Origin: a virus
IMG/VR virus record: IMGVR_UViG_3300045988_155787
Location: 1 to 15,723 of that record
Length of the DNA: 15,723 bases
Strand: one strand, 5' to 3'
The translations under genes and the position numbers were made by a program. Positions 1 to 8,886 of the stretch are shown here, piece by piece (the stretch's first letter is position 1; each line of letters opens with the position of its first letter). The notes below the pieces were generated by a model, which had not been told where the DNA came from, did not search any database, and saw only the letters and a program-made list of their open reading frames with translations.

Positions 1-99
1 GATTAATAACATTCTACCACATGAAACAAAGTTTGTCAATTACAATTATGTTACATTTATATTACAATTGTGTTACATTGTTTCACGGGAAACATTATT
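1..99. repeat. Left inverted terminal repeat (ITR)
   Basis: Bases 1-99 are identical to the reverse complement of 15625-15723; first mismatch at 100 (g versus t). Fits a protein-primed linear phage genome. Confidence 0.97.
79..94. promoter_or_regulatory. parS-like 16-mer in left ITR (TGTTTCACGGGAAACA)
   Basis: One mismatch to the palindromic ParB/Spo0J target TGTTTCACGTGAAACA. Could alternatively be a 6-bp hairpin just outside the terminal gene. Confidence 0.4.
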
Positions 100-1904
100 G
101 AACAGTATTTTTTTCAATTCCTTTTAATAAATAACCTATATTATTAATTTTTCCGTAATGTGTTAAATATAAATCAATATTTTTAATAGTAACACTTGAA
201 ACAGAAGAAGGTTTGAAAATCTTTATTTTAATAAATTTTACTGTTTCTGTTTTTGTATGGTCAATAATTGCCCAGTAAGTGTTTCTGTTATAAGACTGAT
301 TTAAATAACCGTTTGAACTCCATGCAATCGTAGGGCTATTTTTTAGTAAATTTGGATTTGTAGTTAATCTTGTTCCGTTACTGTCAAAAGCTTCAATTTT
401 AAATACAATATTTTTTTCTGTTGTATTCAAAAATATATTAAAGTCTGTTTCTAAATCTTCAATTGCAATTAAATCACTTTCATATAAGTTAGTTGCATTT
501 GTGTTGTAAATTATTCCTTCATTGTCATTATTATAAATTGATGGTTTATTAAATTTATTTAGTGATAAAGCCAAAAACTCTTTTAAATCTTCATTTATAA
601 TTACTTTATTATTTCCAGAATTATCTGTTACATTTAAAGAACTGAAATTTTTAGGTAATAATGAATTTTGTAATGTTCTTGCATAATTTGAAACAATTAT
701 ATTTTGAAAAGTGTCTGGACCAAATGTGATTGAAGTATTTTCACCTTCAAGCCTTGCGTCAATTAATCTGTTTCCATGACCTTTATTAATAACAATTTCT
801 GTATTTTCGCACATAGGTTTTAAGAATAAATTATCTTGATGAGGGTAAGTTCCGTCAATAGATATTCCTAAAAATCTTCCACCAATAAATAAATTTTCAT
901 TAATCCATTTTGTACCAGAACCATCGTCCCATAGTTCTAAATATCTAACAAACCCAAAATAAAATTTTGTATAACCTATAAATCCGTGATTTTCTGTATT
1001 ATCAGCAACCAATCTTAATTTATAAGCATTTTGAATAGTAACATCTGCAGAATTTAATCCTTTCATTAAAATTGTACCGTGGATAAACTTTATTAATAAA
1101 TATATTTACAGCATTGCCACTATTTACATTTTCAAAAACATTTAAAATCGTATTTTCATTTATCATTTTTATATGACCTAAGATTTTTATAAATTTTATA
1201 TCATTCAATGTAAATGTATCACATAAATATGTTTTATTTGGAACAAAAAATTCTAAATTATTATTTTCTGCATAATTAGAAGCCGTTTGAAAAGCAATTG
1301 TGTCATCAGTTTCGTTATCACCTTTTGCGCCAAATTGTAAAACATTCGCAATATCTGTAACAAGTTCAGCCACAAGCGAATTATCATTTGAAAGTGCAAT
1401 TAAATTCATATTGTTTACAATGTCCTCATTTGTAACTGTTTTAATTTTATAAAACGCACCGCCACCGTCATTTTTTGCATAAAATCCATAAGTTTTAGCA
1501 AAGCTTCCATTTACTAAATTAGTTGCATTTTTCATATCGTTTACAGTATCATAGCAAAGTAAACCTTGTAATTCAATATATTGTGCAATAATTTTAGCAA
1601 GTTCACCACTTTGCGCCATGTCATCTAATTTATTATTGATTTCAGCTTGAATATCTAAATCGTCAAAATAATTATCAACATAATTTTTTAATTCAATAAA
1701 TAAATTTTGTAATTCTGCCAATGCTTCTGCATTGTTATTAATAGCAGGGTAAACGGTAGTTTCTAAATAATGACCAATTGCAAGAATTTGTTCTTCATAA
1801 GTCATTGAAATTTTGTAGCTTGTAGGTAGCATTCCAATTGTTAAACAAAATTTATTAATAATATTTTGAACCCTTTTAGGTTTTATCATTTCTAAATTTT
1901 CCAT
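95..1904 (-). CDS. Tail fibre / appendage protein with pectin-lyase-like N-terminal motif; two ORFs (1020..1961 and 95..1066) joined by +1 shift at CGG 1079-1077, about 602 aa
   Basis: Start at 1904 preceded by AAAGGAG. 'VLQFGAKGDNETDDTIAFQTA' is typical of pectin-lyase-fold phage fibres. Frame 1 reads ...NKVYP-CGG; skipping C gives GTILMKGLNSADVTIQNAYK..., continuous with the 95..1066 ORF. Positioned last in the structural cluster. Confidence 0.8.
1077..1079 (-). other. Recoding site 1 (fibre): cca CGG tac -> cca (c) ggt aca
   Basis: In-frame CGG; +1 frame restores the downstream ORF. Confidence 0.75.
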
Positions 1905-1926
1905 AATTTTTAAATCTCCTTTCATT

Positions 1927-2613
1927 TTAATAAATTGCCATAAATAATTTACCAAGTTCATTTATGATTTCTTCATCAATTGCGACAATAATTTCTCGAT
2001 ATTCTTTCACTAAACGTTGATTTGTTATAATTACACCGTTGTCGCCTTCTTCATGTCTAGTAAATTTTTCAATTGTATTTGATGAACTTTGTGTATTTGT
2101 TTCATCATTTATTTGTGTTTCTGTGTCACTTTGATTTGTTTGACTTGCGTAAATTCCGCTGTCAAGTTGTTGTTTTGTGATACGTGTTTCAGGTGTATTA
2201 TTCAAAATATTGTAACCACTTGAATTATTTGATGAATTTGAATTTGAATTTCCTTGATTTGAACCTTCAATTTCGCGTGTATATGTTTCAGTAAAATCAA
2301 CGTTTGAAAGTGGGTCGTATTCTAAAAAGTTAGAATAAATTTTTGGAAGCTCTCTTTCCATTATTTCTTGCATAGTGACTTTTGCGTAATGTTTGAAAAG
2401 TGCGGGTGTTTCAAGTCCTATTTCACGCATAAAATAATGGTCTACAATTTTTTGTGCTAAACGGTCTTTTGACCAAACACCAAATTTTTCAATTTGCTCA
2501 ATTTGTAAAGGTGTTAAATAATGAGAAAGTTCATAATCTTTAAACCAATTTTCGATTTCTTCACGTCCGTAAATTTCGCAAAGTTTTCTAAGTTCTACTG
2601 TATAACTTGCCAT
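1927..2613 (-). CDS. Lower collar protein (phi29 gp11-like)
   Basis: Position between upper collar and fibre genes; Asn/Ser-rich linker; start overlaps upstream stop (TAATG). Confidence 0.7.
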   Translation of the reverse strand: MASYTVELRKLCEIYGREEIENWFKDYELSHYLTPLQIEQIEKFGVWSKDRLAQKIVDHYFMREIGLETPALFKHYAKVTMQEIMERELPKIYSNFLEYDPLSNVDFTETYTREIEGSNQGNSNSNSSNNSSGYNILNNTPETRITKQQLDSGIYASQTNQSDTETQINDETNTQSSSNTIEKFTRHEEGDNGVIITNQRLVKEYREIIVAIDEEIINELGKLFMAIY

Positions 2614-3608
2614 TATTCAACCACCTCTTTTCCTTTTATTTTACCGTCAATTTCATCAAGTGTTTTATAATCATTTACAATACTTTGTGCATTTTTAATA
2701 ATATTGTGTAAATCACTTCTTACACGAACAGAAATTTCTTTGTCTGTTCCTTTTAAACCAAATTTTTCATTGAATTGTCTACATGCTTCTTGACGTGGTG
2801 CAAGATAACTTTGTAAATTTAAGTTTATAAGTTCGTTATTTGAATTTGCTTCATCTGTAATTAAACGTTCTTTCTTATCTACCATTATATTATTAATACC
2901 CAAAAAGGTCAATGCTTCATTCCATATTTCCTTTTTATAATCAATAATTTTATCAGCGATAAAAGGTGCGTCAGTTTTAATTGAACGTAAGCTATCCGGA
3001 TTTAAGTTTTTCTTATCACCAAAAATAAAAGGTTTATTTCCGTCATATTGCATATACATATTTTCCATTGTAAGACGTTGCGTTTCGTCTACCAATAAAA
3101 GAACGGGTGTTTTTTGTGCTTTTATGTTGACGTCAGCGGTTCTTTCAGCTTCATATAAACGTAATGCGAAAAGTTCCATGCTTCCACATGTTGGTGTTCT
3201 TTCCCAATTATTTTGAACAAGAATACATTCGTAAAATTCCCTTGCTTCTTTTTGTGCGTCTGTAAGTCCTGAAATTAAGCCTGTGTATAATTTTCTATTT
3301 GATGAATAATTAAATGAATAACAATGTAAATTTACTGGAAGTCCATAGATATTTAAGTCACCATTATTGCAACAATTTGTATTAATGAAACCGTAATTTT
3401 TATCTTTTAAAAGTGAAGCTTGTCCGTTATAATATAAACATTTTTCAAGCCACATTGCATTCATAGAAGAAGGCAAATTTACCCATTCAAAAACAGAAAG
3501 CGCAACTTTTTTAAAACGTTCTAAATAATCAATAAATGTTGCGTCATTTACAAGTAAATTATCAACGAATTGATAATTATGTTGCATAAATTTTTTACGT
3601 TTTCCCAT
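2613..3608 (-). CDS. Upper collar / portal connector protein (phi29 gp10-like)
   Basis: 331 aa, size and gene order as in phi29-like phages. Confidence 0.8.
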   Translation of the reverse strand: MGKRKKFMQHNYQFVDNLLVNDATFIDYLERFKKVALSVFEWVNLPSSMNAMWLEKCLYYNGQASLLKDKNYGFINTNCCNNGDLNIYGLPVNLHCYSFNYSSNRKLYTGLISGLTDAQKEAREFYECILVQNNWERTPTCGSMELFALRLYEAERTADVNIKAQKTPVLLLVDETQRLTMENMYMQYDGNKPFIFGDKKNLNPDSLRSIKTDAPFIADKIIDYKKEIWNEALTFLGINNIMVDKKERLITDEANSNNELINLNLQSYLAPRQEACRQFNEKFGLKGTDKEISVRVRSDLHNIIKNAQSIVNDYKTLDEIDGKIKGKEVVE

Positions 3609-3625
3609 TTTCTTTTTTCTCCCTT

Positions 3626-5194
3626 CTAGATAATATTATTTGTTTGTGAATAGTCTAAAAATGTGTTTGGATTGTGCCATAATGTCACACCGTCGTCAAA
3701 CATATCTTTTATTTCCTGTAAATCCATTTGAGGAATATTCCCTGTAAAATTGCATTCAATTGTTTTTACAAAATTCCAATTTAAACGTCCTGTAATATTT
3801 GGAACTTTTAATTCGTTTGTTTTATACCCATACATTGAAAAATAGTCATCAATAATTTTTGCGTATTCGTCACGAATTGAAGTGTAATACCCTGTAAAAC
3901 CTGCTTTTTCATTTGAGAAATTTATATCACCTGCATTTAAATTTCCTTTTGATTGCATAGGAACAATGTCAGCTTGATAAATTGAATTTACAACTGAACC
4001 AATTGATGAAACACTACTTAGTGCATTTTTTGGATTTAAAGCAATATCGCCTATTGTTTCACCTACATTTAAGCCAATATTTATTGCGTTTTGTGTAAGC
4101 CAATTTACGTAAGGGTCACTATTCCATGGACAAATTGGTAATTTTCCTGCCATAATTCCTGAATTATAATCAACATTGATATTTTTATGTGAAAGAGGAA
4201 CAAGTTTCATTGAAATTCCGGGTGTAATTGCGCCATATAATGCAAAACTCATTTCATTGTTGTCAAAATCTTCAAATTTGAATGGAATTGTCGTTCCACT
4301 ATTATTTGTGATATTTACAAAATTAAACGGGTACGTGAAAAGCTTATTATTTTTTGGAACATAATTTTTTCCCACATGGTTTTGAAGTGAAAATTCCATT
4401 CCGCCTAGCACTTCACTTCCGGAACTTTCATCAATATAGATTACTTGACATGTTCCAATAGACGCAATCGTCCATGTTGCGAAAGTTGCCAATGCTTCCA
4501 CAATAAAATTTTTTGGTAACATAAATAAAGTGTAAATTGCTTCGCCTTTTCCTTGAAAATCATACATTTTTATTGCTGTTTGACAATCTTGAGGGGTATT
4601 AAAAGCTAAATAGTAAAGACCTCCAAAAACACCATTGTAAATACGATTTTTATTATTTGGTGGAATGCTTTCATCAGGTAATTCACTAACACCCATGCAG
4701 ATATAATAATTATCTAAATCATTTAGACTATCAATTTCAACAGGATTTGCCGAATTTATATATTCACCAACGTTTAATGCTTCATCAACTATATTTGAAC
4801 CAATCGTGTCATTGTTTGTATGTTCTCTTTCTACAAAACATTTACGATAAATTAAATCAAATTGCCATGTTTGGAACACGTCTGTTTTTATTTCAATAAA
4901 TGTTGTTCCGTTATTTTCATACGTCATATTTGTAATGTAAGCATAAAACCATTTATTTGAATAATTTTCATTTTGATACATACAATAATTAAATTGTAAT
5001 AATTCATCAATATGACCTGAAAAACGAATAATATTGTCTTTTCTTTGATAAGGACATTCATCAATTTCAATAGAAGGTAAAGAATTAAAATAATTATATT
5101 GTGCGGTTGCATTTGAAAATGTCAATTGATTTTTATTATTCATTTGAAGTGGAACTTTTAAAAGTTTTACATTTGATTGAGGTGTAATTGCCAT
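3626..5194 (-). CDS. Distal tube / tail knob protein (phi29 gp9-like)
   Basis: 522 aa. Sequence such as 'SNVKLLKVPLQMNNKNQLTFSNATAQYNYF...YAYITNMTYENNGTTFIEIKTDVFQTWQFD' is characteristic of this family. Confidence 0.88.
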   Translation of the reverse strand: MAITPQSNVKLLKVPLQMNNKNQLTFSNATAQYNYFNSLPSIEIDECPYQRKDNIIRFSGHIDELLQFNYCMYQNENYSNKWFYAYITNMTYENNGTTFIEIKTDVFQTWQFDLIYRKCFVEREHTNNDTIGSNIVDEALNVGEYINSANPVEIDSLNDLDNYYICMGVSELPDESIPPNNKNRIYNGVFGGLYYLAFNTPQDCQTAIKMYDFQGKGEAIYTLFMLPKNFIVEALATFATWTIASIGTCQVIYIDESSGSEVLGGMEFSLQNHVGKNYVPKNNKLFTYPFNFVNITNNSGTTIPFKFEDFDNNEMSFALYGAITPGISMKLVPLSHKNINVDYNSGIMAGKLPICPWNSDPYVNWLTQNAINIGLNVGETIGDIALNPKNALSSVSSIGSVVNSIYQADIVPMQSKGNLNAGDINFSNEKAGFTGYYTSIRDEYAKIIDDYFSMYGYKTNELKVPNITGRLNWNFVKTIECNFTGNIPQMDLQEIKDMFDDGVTLWHNPNTFLDYSQTNNII

Positions 5195-5221
5195 TTTTTC
5201 TTTTTTCCTTTCTATAAAAAT

Positions 5222-5253
5222 AAGGGAAGGAAGCTTTTAAATTTCCTTCCCTT
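5222..5253 (-). terminator. Intrinsic terminator downstream of the capsid gene
   Basis: 11-bp perfect stem AAGGGAAGGAA(5222-5232)/TTCCTTCCCTT(5243-5253), 10-nt loop, followed on the minus strand by ATTTTTAT. Confidence 0.85.
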
Positions 5254-5270
5254 TTAGGGGTGAATAAGTT

Positions 5271-6603
5271 TTATTCTCCTGCTTCAACTGTAACTGTAAC
5301 AGTTCCTGTTACATTTCCACTTGTTGCAGTAATTACAGAAGTTCCAGCTTTTACACCTGTAACTTCAACTGTTTTATTATCTACTTTTCTAACAGTAGCA
5401 TTTGCAGTTGTTCCGGAAGTAAAAGTTATTTCACTAGTTGTTTGAGCAGGGGTTGTTGCTAATTTTAAAAGTATTTTTCCACCAACGGCAACTTTTGGTG
5501 CAGTTTCTTCAAAACTCATTTCTGTTACTGGAACAGAAGGAAGTGCAGTTGCAAAAACAACTCCATTACTGAATAATGAATAACTATACATTCTAACAAC
5601 ATTTAAATAATATTGCCATGTTCTATTATTTGCATTATAGAATTCGTCCATTGTTGTTTCTTGTTCTTTAATTCTAAACCAAGACTTGTCAGCTATCATT
5701 CCAACGATATTTGAACCGTCATAAATTAGATTTCCTTCATTGTCATATTCATTAAAGTCATTTACATAAATAATATTTCCAAGAAGAATGCTTCTGTCAA
5801 TATTAAATGTTTGTGCCAAAACATTAACGTCTAAATAAGCACCAATATCATTACGAACCAAGAAAACAATATCTTCTGGATTTGACCATGTTAAAATATC
5901 TCTACCATAGCCACCAACTTGACGCCAAGCATTAAAGTTTGGTGTAGGTGTTTGCATATTTAAGAACATTGTTCTTGCTTTTGTAATAAATTCTTTTGCA
6001 AGTGCTTCTGTGTTTGGATTTGAAATAACTTCAACACGAACTTGATTTGAAGCATAAGCAGAAGAAACAAGACCTTTTGTCATATTATATTGGTCAATAT
6101 AAGCGCCATTGTACAAGCTTTGTGTTAAACCGTCAATGAAGTTCTCTAAAGTAGACCATGAAACAAATGCGTCTTTTAATTTTGCTCTAGTGATAGTTAC
6201 ACAATATTGTAAATCACTATTTAAGTGATGATATTGAACTTTTACGTCCGCCTCATACTTAGCAAGCAATCCGTGCGAAGTCATCAACATTAAATCTTCT
6301 ACCACGTGCAGGATTGATAAAGATTTCTTGACCAATAGAACCTAAAGGAATTCTATCACCTTCAAGAACTCTTAAAGGGTTGTTGAATAGTTTTATATCA
6401 ACTTGTGTGTAAACTATTCTTTGAACTAAAACATTCATGAATTCATTCATGACATTTGGGTTATCAAGAATTGGGCTTGCGAAACTTCCAATGTCAGTAG
6501 TTGGAAGAATTTCAGGCACATATCTATGATATAAAGTATTGTTGTCAATACTTGTTTCCCTTATGGAATTAAGGGAAGTCCTTAAACCTTCTGGAATAGC
6601 CAT
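5271..6603 (-). CDS. Major capsid protein (phi29 gp8-like) with C-terminal bacterial Ig-like domain; two ORFs joined by +1 shift at CGG 6273-6271, about 443 aa
   Basis: The 114-aa and 354-aa ORFs overlap only at the break. 'GQEIFINPARGRRFNVDDFA'-CGG, skip C, 'GLLAKYEADVKVQYHHLNSDLQYCVTI'. The restored length is close to that of phi29 gp8. C-terminus 'ITFTSGTTANATVRKVDNKTVEVTGVKAGTSVITATSG' is Big_2-like. Confidence 0.88.
6271..6273 (-). other. Recoding site 2 (capsid): gca CGG att -> gca (c) gga ttg
   Basis: In-frame CGG; 0 frame terminates after three more codons, +1 continues for the rest of the protein. Confidence 0.8.
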
Positions 6604-6680
6604 TTTAAAATCTCCTTTCTTTGTTTCAAATGAAACATTTATTCTTAATACACTCTATCACAAAAATTTGTTTTTGTCAA

Positions 6681-7007
6681 TTATCTTTTAAAATTTCCTT
6701 TTTCGTCAAAAACACTTCTATAATCAAACGGTTTTTTTGGTTCTTCATTTTTTGGTTCATTTGTATTAATTAAAGAACTATCATCACCCATTGCAACTTG
6801 CTGTAAAAGATTTCCGTTTGTTGTAATTAAGGCTTCTTTATCTTGTTTCAATTTTGCAATCTGTTCATCACGTTGTTTTAAATCTGCGTTCATTGTTCCG
6901 TTGTCTGTGATTAATTTTCCAAGGTCATCAGCAATTAAACTTGTATTTTCTTTTCCAAGTTTATCTTGAATTGATTTTGTAACTTTTTCAAATTCTTTTT
7001 CCGTCAT
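6681..7007 (-). CDS. Probable scaffold / head morphogenesis protein
   Basis: 108 aa, charged coiled-coil-like, immediately upstream of the capsid gene as with phi29 gp7. Confidence 0.6.
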   Translation of the reverse strand: MTEKEFEKVTKSIQDKLGKENTSLIADDLGKLITDNGTMNADLKQRDEQIAKLKQDKEALITTNGNLLQQVAMGDDSSLINTNEPKNEEPKKPFDYRSVFDEKGNFKR

Positions 7008-7026
7008 TTTTTATTTTCTCCTTTCT

Positions 7027-7632
7027 TTATTTTATTATTCTTCTTTTTCTTAATTTTTCAGCATATAAAACCCATTTAAAATTTTTCTTTACTATTATTG
7101 TTGGTGGTGTTGGCGGAACTGGTGTTCCGTCATAAATCCACCATGTACCCTCTACATTGTCAATTCCCATAAATGCTGTTGGGTCTAAATAATCACTTTT
7201 TGTATAAGACCAATGCCAAACATTTCCCCACCTATTTAAATCTTGCATTTCAACATGAAGGTGAATTCCTGTCGAACTTCCTGTCGTTCCTTCATCTCCT
7301 ACTTTTTGACCTTTTACAACTGTGTCACCAACTGAAACGTCTGGCGCTTGTGCCAAGTGCATATACAAAGTGGCATAACCATAATATGGTGATTGTGGGT
7401 TATTGTCTTTTATTACAATCCAATTACCCTGCGAATTATCATAGCCAATAGAATGAACAATTCCGTCAAGCATTGAATAAACAGGTTTTGAACCACTTGT
7501 CGCAATATCTAAACCCCTGTGAATTTGTAATTCACCTGTTACTGGATTAATTCTTTCAGTCCACCATTTTGAAGTAATTAAAAATCTATCATTAATAAAA
7601 GGCGCAATATGTCGAACTTGATTATCAGCCAT
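7027..7632 (-). CDS. M23-family peptidase
   Basis: 'HRGLDIATSGSKPVYSMLDGIVHSIG...YGYATLYMHLAQ...SSTGIHLHVEM' contains the HxxxD and HxH motifs. Confidence 0.92.
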   Translation of the reverse strand: MADNQVRHIAPFINDRFLITSKWWTERINPVTGELQIHRGLDIATSGSKPVYSMLDGIVHSIGYDNSQGNWIVIKDNNPQSPYYGYATLYMHLAQAPDVSVGDTVVKGQKVGDEGTTGSSTGIHLHVEMQDLNRWGNVWHWSYTKSDYLDPTAFMGIDNVEGTWWIYDGTPVPPTPPTIIVKKNFKWVLYAEKLRKRRIIK

Positions 7633-7644
7633 TTTTCAATTCTC

Positions 7645-8394
7645 CTATTTAATATAAATTTCACCATGATAATATGCACATACAAAACCCGAAGGAATAC
7701 GAAGCCAAATTTCATCATTAGTCAAATAAAAATCCATACAAGTTACAATCGTTTTAGGTTTTAAAACTGCGGTTGTTTGTTTATACGCATGCGCTTTTCC
7801 GTCTACTGTAAGTTCATTATAATTTTTTATTCTATAATTTGTTCCCGCACCTGCTCTTACATGTAAATCAACTTGAATAGTATAATTTCTACCAATTGAA
7901 TATTTTGGTAAGTTTTCAACAGGTTTTTCCACACTATCATATTTTGTAAGGTTATTTTCCTTTATTATTGCCATAATTGTATTAATATAAGTTGGACTTG
8001 TAGCATATCCACCATTTTTTATTGCAGTAATACATTCAAGTGGTGATTTTGAATGTATTGCATTTGCATATCTTGAAAGATTGCAAATAAGGTCAAAATA
8101 ATCTCTTATACTTTCAGCAAGACTGTCATAAGCTCGAAAACAAGCTGTAATATTTGTGTAAGTTTTTCCGTCATAACACTCTTGTGTTCTTGCGTTGTAA
8201 ACTTTTCCTTTCCAGTTTGAAGTTGCTTTTATACCAAAAATTGCATTTGCTTTCATCATTATTGTGCTTTGTCCCCACCCGCTTTCACATATTGCCTGTG
8301 CAATAACAACTGATGAAAACAAAGGATTTCCTCTTTTGTTATTTTCTGCTTGAACAATTGGTGCAATAGTAGGAATAAATTCGCTTTTTTTCAT
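7645..8394 (-). CDS. Glucosaminidase-family lysin with SH3-like C-terminus
   Basis: 'PLFSSVVIAQAICESGWGQSTIMMKANAIFGIKATSNWKG' is the glucosaminidase/FlgJ-type motif; the C-terminus resembles a bacterial SH3 domain. Confidence 0.88.
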   Translation of the reverse strand: MKKSEFIPTIAPIVQAENNKRGNPLFSSVVIAQAICESGWGQSTIMMKANAIFGIKATSNWKGKVYNARTQECYDGKTYTNITACFRAYDSLAESIRDYFDLICNLSRYANAIHSKSPLECITAIKNGGYATSPTYINTIMAIIKENNLTKYDSVEKPVENLPKYSIGRNYTIQVDLHVRAGAGTNYRIKNYNELTVDGKAHAYKQTTAVLKPKTIVTCMDFYLTNDEIWLRIPSGFVCAYYHGEIYIK

Positions 8395-8401
8395 AATTTA
8401 T

Positions 8402-8830
8402 TCACCTTCCTTTTTTATTTTCTTTTATTTCTCCTGTAAATTCTTTCATTATGTGTTCAAGATAATCTTGAAGTTTTTTAGGAATAGGAAGCTTACAAAG
8501 TATCATATTTTTAAAAATTGATAAAATTTCAAAAACAACAAATAATAAATTAAAAACAGTTGAAATTCCAACTTGTCCAAATTTTAAAGTTGTTTTTATA
8601 CTTTCAGGAATAAAACCTATTAAATCAAAATTGATTATACTATCAATTAAAAGTAAAAATACAATAACAATAAGCATTCCAAATTTTCTAATCATTCCGT
8701 CTATACCTATACATGAATTGACTTGCTTTTCTTTTATTGCTCTTAAAATTCCTAAAATTAAATCTAAAATGATGACAATGATTAAAATTTTAATTCCGTC
8801 ACCTGTAAGCAATGAAATAAATTTTTCCAT
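8402..8830 (-). CDS. Phage holin (holin_4/toxin-secretion type)
   Basis: Multiple hydrophobic segments. 'LDLILGILRAIKEKQVNSCIGIDGMIRKFGMLIVIVFLLLID' is typical. Likely start MEKF at 8830 after a GGAG site. Confidence 0.85.
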   Translation of the reverse strand: MEKFISLLTGDGIKILIIVIILDLILGILRAIKEKQVNSCIGIDGMIRKFGMLIVIVFLLLIDSIINFDLIGFIPESIKTTLKFGQVGISTVFNLLFVVFEILSIFKNMILCKLPIPKKLQDYLEHIMKEFTGEIKENKKGR

Positions 8831-8886
8831 TTGTTTTTCTCCCTTCATATAATATTATAAACTTTTTATTCAATTTCATTATAGCA

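Noticed and set aside
4176-5445. Plus-strand ORFs 4176..4364, 4924..5112 and 5260..5445
   Set aside because: Antisense to well-supported knob and capsid genes, no convincing domain; treated as shadow ORFs.
7173-7451. Plus-strand ORF 7173..7451
   Set aside because: Antisense to the M23 peptidase gene; composition-driven.
8631-8852. Plus-strand ORF 8631..8852
   Set aside because: Antisense to the holin gene; hydrophobicity mirrors the complementary strand.
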